59,480 bases of DNA from an uncultured Desulfobacterales bacterium (GTDB lineage Bacteria > Desulfobacterota > DSM-4660 > Desulfatiglandales > HGW-15): NCBI GenBank assembly GCA_964591925.1, contig CAZQCK010000001.1:1-59480 (forward strand), in the 5' to 3' direction. Of this stretch, positions 52,444 to 59,480 are shown one piece after another. How positions within the stretch are numbered: the first letter of the stretch is position 1; every line of letters begins with the position of its first letter. The translations under genes and the position numbers were made by a program. Under the pieces are notes generated by a model. That model worked only from the letters and a program-made list of their open reading frames with translations, was not told the DNA's origin and ran no database searches.

Positions 52444-52576
52444 GACAAATTCGTAAAAACTGCATCCTCTCGCAAAGACGCTAAGACGCTAAGAAAAAAA
52501 CCTTTTAATATCAATCAGTTCACTTTGCGAACTTTGTGTCTTGGCGCGAAATTTTGACTTTTTACAAGGCCGTCAA
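52444..52576 (+). repeat. Interspersed repeat family A, copy 2
   Basis: gacaaattcgtaaaaactgcatcctctcgcaaagacgctaagacgctaag...ttcactttgcgaactttg...caaggccgtcaa. Confidence 0.8.
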
Positions 52577-52836
52577 GGTTGCTTTCCTTTGAAATGACAA
52601 TTCATCGGTCTGGAAGAGTAAGCCCCGAGGGCCTTCCCCGCCACCGGCGTCTTCTATGCATCGAGCGTGCCATGTCCGAACGCAGCTCAGGCGTCGGCCG
52701 GAACCGACTGGAATATAAGGAATCTTTCAGAGCAGACACTGTGCGGACCGTTCCCGGGCTGAACAGCTCAACCAATCAATACTGCAACGGAAACGGGCTC
52801 GCTCAATTGCATTATCGCAATACATTTGCCGGCCCT

Positions 52837-52963
52837 GACGAATTCGTAAAACCTGCGTTCTTTCGCAAACACGCCGGGAGCGCTAAAAAACCCCTTAATC
52901 TTCATCATTTCACTTTGCAGTCTTTGCGGCCGGCGGAAGATTTTTGCTTTTGCGAGGCCATCA
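52837..52963 (+). repeat. Interspersed repeat family A, copy 3
   Basis: gacgaattcgtaaaacctgcgttctttcgcaaacacgcc...ttcactttgcagtctttgcgg...cgaggccatca. Same orientation as copy 2, about 260 nt downstream of it. Confidence 0.75.
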
Positions 52964-53024
52964 GCTCTGCCGCGGAACAAACGCGGGGTCTGAGTAGGGC
53001 AGGAACAAGGCGGCAGGGAAGGAG

Positions 53025-53053
53025 GCGGGCGCCCGCGGAACCTGCGGGCGCCC
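53025..53053 (-). terminator. GC-rich hairpin downstream of the 67-aa Cys-rich gene
   Basis: 11-bp stem cgggcgcccgc/gcgggcgcccg with a 7-nt loop, about 25 nt after the stop at 53076. No clear U-tract follows. Confidence 0.35.
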
Positions 53054-53075
53054 GGTGAATCGGAGGGGGTAAAGA

Positions 53076-53279
53076 TCAAAGGCCGCAGTCTTCTGCGTAC
53101 TCGGGGCAAAACTCCTTGACGGGAGTCTCATACTTGGCCATGCACTCGCCGCATTCCATCCGGACGTTGGGCACATCCCCGAACTTCTCCCGAATCTCCT
53201 CGGCGCTGAGGTGGGAAACCGCGCTGCAACCGCACTGGGGACAGGCGGTTCGGACCTGGTAGACCTTCTTATCGCTCAT
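53076..53279 (-). CDS. Small cysteine-rich zinc-ribbon-like protein (67 aa)
   Basis: MSDKKVYQVRTACPQCGC...MECGECMAKY...CPEYAEDCG. GGAGAGG RBS. Confidence 0.6.
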   Translation of the reverse strand: MSDKKVYQVRTACPQCGCSAVSHLSAEEIREKFGDVPNVRMECGECMAKYETPVKEFCPEYAEDCGL

Positions 53280-53329
53280 GATCCTCTCCTTTGTTGCCCA
53301 GGCCGCCGGTCATGGGACCCGCGGCGAAA

Positions 53330-53361
53330 AAAATCCCGCCCGTGCCGGCGGGCGGGATTTT
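53330..53361 (-). terminator. Rho-independent terminator after the Sec-containing HdrD-like gene
   Basis: The minus strand reads aaaatcccgcccg-ccggca-cgggcgggatttt, running into tttttttcg. 13-bp stem, 28 nt after the stop at 53390. Confidence 0.7.
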
Positions 53362-53389
53362 GCACTCATGCAACAATCTCGCTCTCTCC

Positions 53390-54685
53390 TTAGAGGCCGA
53401 CCTCTGCCAGGTCCTCACCCAGGTAAGCCCTCTCGTTCTCGCCCAGGACGCCCATGGAGAGGCAGATCAGTGTCCAGAGGTGGACCACGGGAAACCCGCC
53501 TTCGAAATGCTCAGACAGATCGTGGATCTGGGAGTGGCAGTTGTGGCAGGGCGCGATACAGTAACCGGCGCCTGTGGACATGATCTGGTCGAACTTGATC
53601 TTGCCGTACTCTCTCCTCTCCTCGGTGTAGCCGCTCTGAAGGTACCCCCCGCCTCCGCCGCAGCAGAAGTTGTTGGAGCGGTTGGGCTGCATGTCGATGA
53701 AGTTCTCCTCACCCACCACCTTCTTGACCACATACCGCAGGTCCTCGGCCACCGGGTCTCCAAAGGACTTTCTCACCAGCTGGCAAGGATCCTGGACCGT
53801 GAACTTGGCCTGAATGTCCTTGTTCCAGTCCGAGTTCACGGGCAGCTTGCCCTCACGGATCCACTTGGCATAGAGGCGAATGATGCTCTCGATCTCAAAG
53901 TTGTGCTCTACGTTGAATTTCTGCAATCCGACCCGGAATGCAAAGAGCTCGTGCCCTCATTCCGTGTTGAGCCAGTACTTGCACCCGAGGTCATCCACCG
54001 CCTTGGCCTTGACCCGGGTGATGTGCTCCCAGGCCTCCCAGTCCTGGAGGAACATGCAGTAGTTCTCCGCAGCCCAGCCCTTGGTTCCATAGGTCCAGTC
54101 CGCCCCGCCCATGTGAAGGATCTTCCACAGGGGCACCATCTCGTCGGGTTCGGTCACGGGTTCGCGGGAGTTCTGGTTCAGGAAGTACTCTGCACCCTGC
54201 TTGTTGACCGGGGCCTGAAGGTTCTCCCATCCCGGCTGGGTCTCCCGCACCTCTTCCAGGACATCCTCCACCACAAACTGGAAGTCCTCCTCCGAAGCGC
54301 CCATGGCGCTGCAGGCATCGCTTCGAAGGGCCATGTCGCACGAGCCTAAAATGCCCTTGGGACGTTCCTCCCGCGGCCAGGTCTGCCGCGCCAGCCCCAC
54401 CATCTGGGGAATGTCCACCTTCATGGGGCAGGCATGAATGCACCGCTGGCACATGCTGCACATCCAGACCCACGGCGAACTGGTGGCCTCGTCGTAGAGC
54501 CCCAGCGCAAGCATGCGGACAAACTTTCTGGGGTCCATGCCCTCCAGCCCGGTGGCCGGGCAGCCGCTGGCGCACGTCCCGCAGGTCAGACAGAGCTCCA
54601 GGTTGCTGTCCGGTAAAATCTCCTTGATCTTGTCGCGGAACTCGTGCTTCTGATCGCTTAGTTCAAGAACTTCGTTCTCTTCCAT
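53390..54685 (-). CDS. HdrD/TmcB/DsrK-like Fe-S protein with predicted selenocysteine (UGA at 53957-53959), 431 aa
   Basis: Track ORFs 53957-54685 and 53390-53926 share one frame and are separated only by one TGA. Read-through gives ...KYWLNTE-U-GHELFAFRVGLQKFNVEH.... N-terminal CLTCGTCASGCP and CSMCQRCIHACP motifs, C-terminal CCG motifs (NFCCGGGGG, APCHNCHSQ). The U aligns with Cys of GECGHAFRA in the paralog at 55271-56611. Confidence 0.8.
53918..53946 (-). promoter_or_regulatory. SECIS-like hairpin
   Basis: The mRNA is UGA GGGCACGAGC then UCUUUGCAUUCC-GGGUC-GGAUUGCAGAAA. The stem starts about 11 nt after the UGA, has one bulge and one mismatch, and its apical loop contains GGUC as in the E. 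coli fdhF SECIS. Confidence 0.6.
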
Positions 54686-54794
54686 ACACCTTTCCTCTCT
54701 CGTGTTTGGAAATCTCCGGCTTATTCCGCCAGCGCTTCCGGCTTCCCTGTCACAGAGGCCGATGTGCTCGCTGATCCCTTGTTATCGGCGTGAG

Positions 54795-54823
54795 AGTATC
54801 CTCCCCTGTGGAAAAAATGTCAA
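54795..54823 (-). promoter_or_regulatory. Candidate sigma-70 promoter for the Sec-HdrD-like gene
   Basis: Minus strand reads TTGACA-N17-GATACT, in the 149-nt gap after the cytochrome c gene. Confidence 0.45.
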
Positions 54824-54834
54824 GGGATTATGGC

Positions 54835-55218
54835 TCAATCACGCACATGGCATTCCCCGCAGGTGATGGGCCCTGATTTTTCTTCTTCATGACATCCCTT
54901 ACATTTTTTATGGTAGGCGCGCAGCCGATCCACACCGTCGGCCTTCAGCTTGTGGCACTCTCCACAGGGGATGCCCTCCGAGCTCTCTCCCTCTACGAGC
55001 ACGCCGTCCTCATACACATGGTGGCAGACAAAACAATCCTCAATGGTCTCGAAAGCCATGTGCTCCTCATGGGTGAACCGGGACAGGGGCCTCTCGCGAT
55101 CGGGAAACACATCCGGAGGGAAGACCGAGTACTCGTCCTGGGACACGGCCGGCGGAACAGATAGAAACAGGACCAGGAGCAATATGGCTGCAACCAAAGC
55201 GTATCGTTTCGTCGTCAT
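54835..55218 (-). CDS. Tetraheme cytochrome c (cytochrome c3 family, TmcA-like), secreted
   Basis: ATG 55218 follows GGGAGGAG. Signal peptide MTTKRYALVAAILLLVLFLSVPPAVS and four CxxCH motifs (CFVCH, CGECH, CKGCH, CGECH). 127 aa. Confidence 0.88.
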   Translation of the reverse strand: MTTKRYALVAAILLLVLFLSVPPAVSQDEYSVFPPDVFPDRERPLSRFTHEEHMAFETIEDCFVCHHVYEDGVLVEGESSEGIPCGECHKLKADGVDRLRAYHKKCKGCHEEEKSGPITCGECHVRD

Positions 55219-55270
55219 CTCCTCCCTCTCTCCCTTTCGGCCGGGACGGCGTATCGACCCTCTGAACATC

Positions 55271-56611
55271 TCAGCCCTCCAGGGCGTTGGGCTTTTCCAT
55301 GCACTCGTAGATGATTTCCGAAAAGAAGGACAGCTCCATACCCACGTCGTAGGCCTCCATAATATCCTTGAGCCCGCTGTGGCAGTTGTGGCAGGGGGCA
55401 ATGACCACCTCGGCACCCGTGGCTTTGAGTTGGTCCGCCTTGATGCGGTTGCCCTCCACCCGAACCTTCTTGTAAGGCGGGCCGCAGTTGATCACGCCTC
55501 CCCCGGCACAGCAACAGTAGTTGTGCTCCCGGTTGGGGTGCATCTCGATGAAGTTGGAGCAAAAGGCCCTTACGATATCCCGCGCCTTCTCATGGAGGCC
55601 CCGGCCGCGCACGATGTTGCAGGGGTCGTGAAAGGTCACGGGCCGTTCGAACTTCCTGGCCACCTTGAGCCGGCCCTCCTGGAGCATCTGCCAGTAGAAG
55701 TCGATGGCATGCACCACCTCCAGCGGGAAATCCCTCCATCCCAGCCATCGATTGCCCACGTCGTACACGGCCCGGAAGGCGTGCCCGCACTCGCCCATGA
55801 CGATGCGCTTGACCCGCAGCTTCTGGGCCCGCTCGAAATGGCTCCGCTTGAGCCTGCCCATGAGCTCCACATCCCCCGTGAACATAGCCATGTCGCTGTT
55901 GTCCCATCCGGGCATGGAGGGCATGGTCCAGTCCATGCCGCACTCGTTCATGATCACGGCGGCCAGGTAAATGAGCTGGGGCTGGAACTTGGGCTCGGGC
56001 GCGATCACCGAGTACATGATGTCCGCGCCCTCCTTGTCCAGGGGTATGCGAAGCGTGGGGATCTCTTCCCGGGCCTCTTCCTCCTGCCAGAGAACGCTGT
56101 CGATCCACTCGTCCTCCTTCACCCACATCTGGTTCATGGTGACCGAGTGGCTGTGGGCCGTGTCCTGGATGTACTGAGGTGTGATCCCCAGAAGGTGGCA
56201 GAGACGCCGGACCACGGTGATGATGTAGGCCGTGTCGATGCCGATGGGGCAGTACATGGCGCACCGCCGGCACAGGTTGCACTCGGTGTAGGCCACCAGG
56301 GCCACCCGTTCCAGCTCTTCGGAGGTGATGCGGCCGCCCTTTTTCAGGAGCTTCCACAGGGTCTGCTTGACCTTGCCCACCGGGGAGTAGGCCGGATCGC
56401 CGTCATGGGACAGGTAGTAATGGCAGCCGTCCGCGCAGAGCCCGCACCGGACGCAGATCTCCTCGTAGGCCTTGAGTCTCGCCCCGGTCTCCGAACGAAA
56501 GACCCGATTGATCGCCTTTTCGATCTTCTCCGGGGTCAGGGCATCCAGTCCCTTCCGGATCCCGACGTCCACGTGTTTTCTCTCTTCAGTCTTTTCAGCC
56601 GTCGCATCCAT
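55271..56611 (-). CDS. HdrD/TmcB/DsrK-like Fe-S protein (two 4Fe-4S motifs plus CCG domains)
   Basis: 446 aa: CVRCGLCADGCH, CNLCRRCAMYCP, GECGHAF, HDPCNIVR, NYCCCAGGG, APCHNCHSG. Confidence 0.88.
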   Translation of the reverse strand: MDATAEKTEERKHVDVGIRKGLDALTPEKIEKAINRVFRSETGARLKAYEEICVRCGLCADGCHYYLSHDGDPAYSPVGKVKQTLWKLLKKGGRITSEELERVALVAYTECNLCRRCAMYCPIGIDTAYIITVVRRLCHLLGITPQYIQDTAHSHSVTMNQMWVKEDEWIDSVLWQEEEAREEIPTLRIPLDKEGADIMYSVIAPEPKFQPQLIYLAAVIMNECGMDWTMPSMPGWDNSDMAMFTGDVELMGRLKRSHFERAQKLRVKRIVMGECGHAFRAVYDVGNRWLGWRDFPLEVVHAIDFYWQMLQEGRLKVARKFERPVTFHDPCNIVRGRGLHEKARDIVRAFCSNFIEMHPNREHNYCCCAGGGVINCGPPYKKVRVEGNRIKADQLKATGAEVVIAPCHNCHSGLKDIMEAYDVGMELSFFSEIIYECMEKPNALEG

Positions 56612-56633
56612 TCAACGCCTCCTTGAGGCCGCA

Positions 56634-57293
56634 TTACCAGTCCTTGGCCTGTCTCACGTTGCCGAACTCGGAGCCGATGTATCCGCGGGAAAACGGGGAG
56701 AGGAGCATGTGGCTGAGCCTGGTAAAGGGAATGGCCGCCAGCATAATCTCCCCGAACAGGATGTGCAGGATGATCATGACCCGGTAAGGACCGATCTGGT
56801 GGTAGGCCAGAAACCCGGTGAGGAAGGGAAGGAACACGACGGCCAGCACCACCCAGTCCATGGCGGAAGTAACGTACCGCACCTCCCGCAGGAAAACCCG
56901 CCGTGCGGCGAAAAACACGCAGGCCAGAATCACCAGGACGGTCATCACGTCGGCCACGCTCTCCGGCAGGGTCCGGAACCGTACGCCGTGATAGTGGTCC
57001 CAGAGCACCACGTGGGCCAAAAGGAAGACGGGAACGAGCACCAGGCAGATGTGAAACGCGAAGGAGACCATGGTAACAAAGGGATGCCGCCTCGAGTTGA
57101 CCGGCCAGAAGGGTACGGACCAGTGGATGATGGATCGCAGGGCGTACTTGAAGTTCCAATAGGCCAGGACCTGACCGTCCCGGGTCTTGGCCGACCGGTA
57201 CATGGTGTAGATCTTCCGGATCGATCCCAGGACGAACACGGCGAAGGCGATCCAGGCCAGCGGCCCCACGACGAATCCGTAGACTTGGTGCAT
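56634..57293 (-). CDS. Integral membrane cytochrome b (NarI/DsrM/TmcC-like)
   Basis: 219 aa with about five hydrophobic helices and conserved His residues (HWSV, HICL, HVVLWDHYH, HILFGE), as in NarI-type di-haem b subunits. Confidence 0.8.
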   Translation of the reverse strand: MHQVYGFVVGPLAWIAFAVFVLGSIRKIYTMYRSAKTRDGQVLAYWNFKYALRSIIHWSVPFWPVNSRRHPFVTMVSFAFHICLVLVPVFLLAHVVLWDHYHGVRFRTLPESVADVMTVLVILACVFFAARRVFLREVRYVTSAMDWVVLAVVFLPFLTGFLAYHQIGPYRVMIILHILFGEIMLAAIPFTRLSHMLLSPFSRGYIGSEFGNVRQAKDW

Positions 57294-57322
57294 CTTGTTC
57301 TCCCCTGATCGTGCTGCCGGTT

Positions 57323-58579
57323 CTAAAAATCCTCCACGCCGGCGACTATGCGAAGGAATGTACCTTCCCGAATCCCCCGAATGAGCACCTTGTCCCCCTC
57401 CGGGCTGAAGATGGGGTCCCAGGCGCGATCAAACGTCTCTCCATACTCCTTCCCGTCCAGGACGATGGAGAACCGGCCGTTTCGTTCGGCCCGCACCGCG
57501 GCATGCCCGCCGTCCGGGCTGAAGGAGATGGGGTAGATCATGTCGTAACGGCCGGGCCACGGGCCATCGTCCACGATCACGCTCCAATGGCCGTCTTCCT
57601 TTCCCAGGGCCCCGATACGGCGGCCCTCCGGGCTCATGGCCAAATCCGTCACCACACTGAAGGTGTTCTTCCACGGCCGATCATCGACCACCACGGTAAA
57701 CCGGCCATAGGACGGGGCTGCGATCGCAGCGAGGGTCGTTCCGCGCTCGTCAAAGGTCTGATGCCAGAGCTGGCTGTACCGGGCGGGCCAGACCAGGACG
57801 CCGTCCTCAGCCATACCCCATTTACCGCCGCTTCGCACCGGGGCCGCCACCGCCCCGGTCCGGGAATTGAAGGCCGGCTCCCACACCGAGGCGAAGCTTC
57901 GGTTCCAGGGGGTTCCGTCCACCACAACGGTGTAGTCGTACAGGCTCTGCCGAACGTGGGCGGCCACACGCTTTCCCTCAGCATCGAACACAGGGGTCCA
58001 CACGTTCACAAAGTTCCGGTCCCAGGGCCGGCCGTCCACGGCTATGGAGTAACACCCTTTCTGAAACGCCTCGATATCCGCCGCATCCATGGGCACGGTC
58101 TGTACCACCGCAGCCGAATGCTCACCGTCGAGGCTGAGGGTGACATTGCCGGCGTTGCCGAAAAGCTCCGGCCACGGAGTACCGTCCACGGCCGCGCCAT
58201 ATCGCATGTCCTGCTGAACGGCCGCTCCGATCCGGTCACCGGAACGGGAAAAGCACAGGTCCCAGGCAAAGCCGAAGGTGGTTTCCCAGGGGAGCCCCTC
58301 CACGGCCACGGTCCATTCCATTTCCCGGCTGACAAAGGCCGCCATTCGGCCGTCCGGGGAAAAACAGAGCCCCCAGATTTTTTCAAAGGTCTCTTCCAGA
58401 ACCCCCCCGTTCACACAGAGCCCGAACACGGCGTCCTCCAGGTTGACCACCGACGCCAGTCGCTCGCCGTCCGGGCTTGCCACGGGCTCCTCCATCCAGA
58501 TAACATCGCTGGTACAGGCCTTGGCTTCCTGTATCCGCCGCTTTCCCGGCTGCCAAGCCCAGGAGCTTTGCCCTATCAT
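57323..58579 (-). CDS. Tryptophan-rich repeat protein (TmcD-like)
   Basis: 418 aa with about nine tandem units of roughly 45 aa, of the form VxVDGxPWxxxFxxVWxPxFSPDG. AAGGAG RBS. Confidence 0.8.
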   Translation of the reverse strand: MIGQSSWAWQPGKRRIQEAKACTSDVIWMEEPVASPDGERLASVVNLEDAVFGLCVNGGVLEETFEKIWGLCFSPDGRMAAFVSREMEWTVAVEGLPWETTFGFAWDLCFSRSGDRIGAAVQQDMRYGAAVDGTPWPELFGNAGNVTLSLDGEHSAAVVQTVPMDAADIEAFQKGCYSIAVDGRPWDRNFVNVWTPVFDAEGKRVAAHVRQSLYDYTVVVDGTPWNRSFASVWEPAFNSRTGAVAAPVRSGGKWGMAEDGVLVWPARYSQLWHQTFDERGTTLAAIAAPSYGRFTVVVDDRPWKNTFSVVTDLAMSPEGRRIGALGKEDGHWSVIVDDGPWPGRYDMIYPISFSPDGGHAAVRAERNGRFSIVLDGKEYGETFDRAWDPIFSPEGDKVLIRGIREGTFLRIVAGVEDF

Positions 58580-58712
58580 TCACCGGCTCCTTTTCCGACA
58601 TCTGATTCGCTTGGGTACGGCCCGATTCAAAGCAAGAAGAGAAAGAATAAGGAAAAGAGAGAGCACTCAGCGGGTAGTCGAGATCGATTCCTATCGGGCT
58701 GATAGACTTTGC

Positions 58713-58741
58713 ATCATAAACCAGCCCGCCCTGCCCGTCAA
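58713..58741 (-). promoter_or_regulatory. Candidate sigma-70 promoter for the Tmc-like operon
   Basis: Minus strand reads TTGACG-N17-TATGAT, about 130 nt upstream of ATG 58579. Confidence 0.5.
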
Positions 58742-58758
58742 GATCCGGTTGCTCCGGC

Positions 58759-58776
58759 CTGAACTGAGCGTTTCAG
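58759..58776 (+). promoter_or_regulatory. 18-nt recurrent motif, site c
   Basis: CTGAACTGAGCGTTTCAG. It lies 17 nt beyond the -35 of the Tmc-like promoter and 76 nt upstream of the divergent hdrA-like ATG. Confidence 0.5.
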
Positions 58777-58852
58777 GTCCGGTTTTCATCTTGCGTCCGC
58801 TGTGTGATCCATGCATATTTAAGCTCATATTCCACACAGGGGTTTTAAGACC

Positions 58853-59480
58853 ATGGCGGAAGCCGGTGTTCTGATCATCGGAGGAGGCGTGGCCGGCCTG
58901 ACTGCGGCCCTAGAGCTATCCAGGTTCGGCGTGCATTCGCATGTGGTGGAGGCATCTCCCTTTGCAGGCGGTCACGCCATAGGTTTTTCCTGCAAGGCCA
59001 CCACCGCCTGTGTGAAGTGTGGTGCCTGCCTTGCTGAAGACCGTCTTTATAACGCCGTCCAAAACCCTGACATCCATCTTTTGCCTTCCACCCGCGTCCA
59101 GGACATCCAGCGGAACCAAGGCACGTTTTCCGTCGACCTGCTCCAGTCTCCGTCCTTTGTCGATCCCGGGCTGTGCACCGGCTGCGGCCGCTGTGCTGAA
59201 GCCTGCCCCGAGGAAGGGGCCGTTCAAAGGGCCCCTTCCCCTTATAACCAACCCCCTTTTGCCTTGAATCGGGACAGATGCAGGGGTGTGGCCGGAGAAG
59301 ACTGTAGAGCCTGTGTGGAGGCCTGCCCCGAGTCCGCATTGTCGCTCGACCGGGAGGAGAAGCGAAAGACCCTTGCTGCGGACGCCGTCATTCTGGCCAC
59401 GGGGTTTCAAGCCTTCGACCCCAAGGACAAGCCTTACGGGTACGGCCGGTTCGACGACGTGATAACCAACCCGGATCTGG
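58853..59480 (+). CDS. HdrA-like FAD/Fe-S oxidoreductase (heterodisulfide reductase subunit A family), 5' partial, runs off the window
   Basis: My own translation from ATG 58853: MAEAGVLIIGGGVAGLTAALEL...CKATTACVKCGAC...CTGCGRCAEACP...CRACVEACP...VILATGF. No stop before the window end, so it is absent from the ORF track. Confidence 0.8.
   Translation, partial: MAEAGVLIIGGGVAGLTAALELSRFGVHSHVVEASPFAGGHAIGFSCKATTACVKCGACLAEDRLYNAVQNPDIHLLPSTRVQDIQRNQGTFSVDLLQSPSFVDPGLCTGCGRCAEACPEEGAVQRAPSPYNQPPFALNRDRCRGVAGEDCRACVEACPESALSLDREEKRKTLAADAVILATGFQAFDPKDKPYGYGRFDDVITNPDL

Noticed and set aside
52444-52963. Two direct repeats with a unique spacer, considered as a possible CRISPR-like array
   Set aside because: There are only two copies. 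The repeats are about 130 nt long and only partly identical, and a third copy lies inverted 52 kb away. No cas genes are present. This is an interspersed repeat family, not a CRISPR array.

Overview
GC-rich chromosomal window (about 60% GC by eye). Gene content points to an anaerobic Desulfobacterota/Syntrophobacterales-like deltaproteobacterium that uses selenocysteine, since selA is present. About 50 protein genes, one tRNA-His, no rRNA, no CRISPR, no obvious prophage or defence island. Housekeeping blocks: icd plus an archaeal-type thyA-like gene, rlmN, hisI-hisG, engB; a long minus-strand envelope block (lysS, lolE, lolD, bamA, skp, lpxD, fabZ, lpxA, lpxI, oxidoreductase, lpxB, sigma-54 regulator); uvrB-cysS-ispF-gmhA-selA; adk, apgM-like, hom, alaC-like, purF-like, carB. 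Three accessory regions deserve a second look. (1) 53.1-58.6 kb: a Tmc-like redox module (Trp-rich repeat protein, cytochrome b, HdrD-like Fe-S protein, tetraheme cytochrome c3). It is followed by a second HdrD-like gene that the ORF track splits at an in-frame TGA. I read that TGA as selenocysteine: it aligns to Cys in the paralog and a SECIS-like hairpin follows. A partial hdrA-like gene lies divergently. (2) 47.4-52.4 kb: a NifX-like / Mrp-NifX fusion / CGGC / MinD-ferredoxin ATPase cluster of unknown function. (3) An 18-nt motif, CTGAAYTGAGCGWTTCAG, recurs in four promoter regions, with a degenerate fifth copy, and links these accessory loci. Three interspersed repeat families, a 25-bp perfect inverted repeat and a PurF-like protein lacking the catalytic Cys are also reported. 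All homology statements come from reading the translations; no database search was run.
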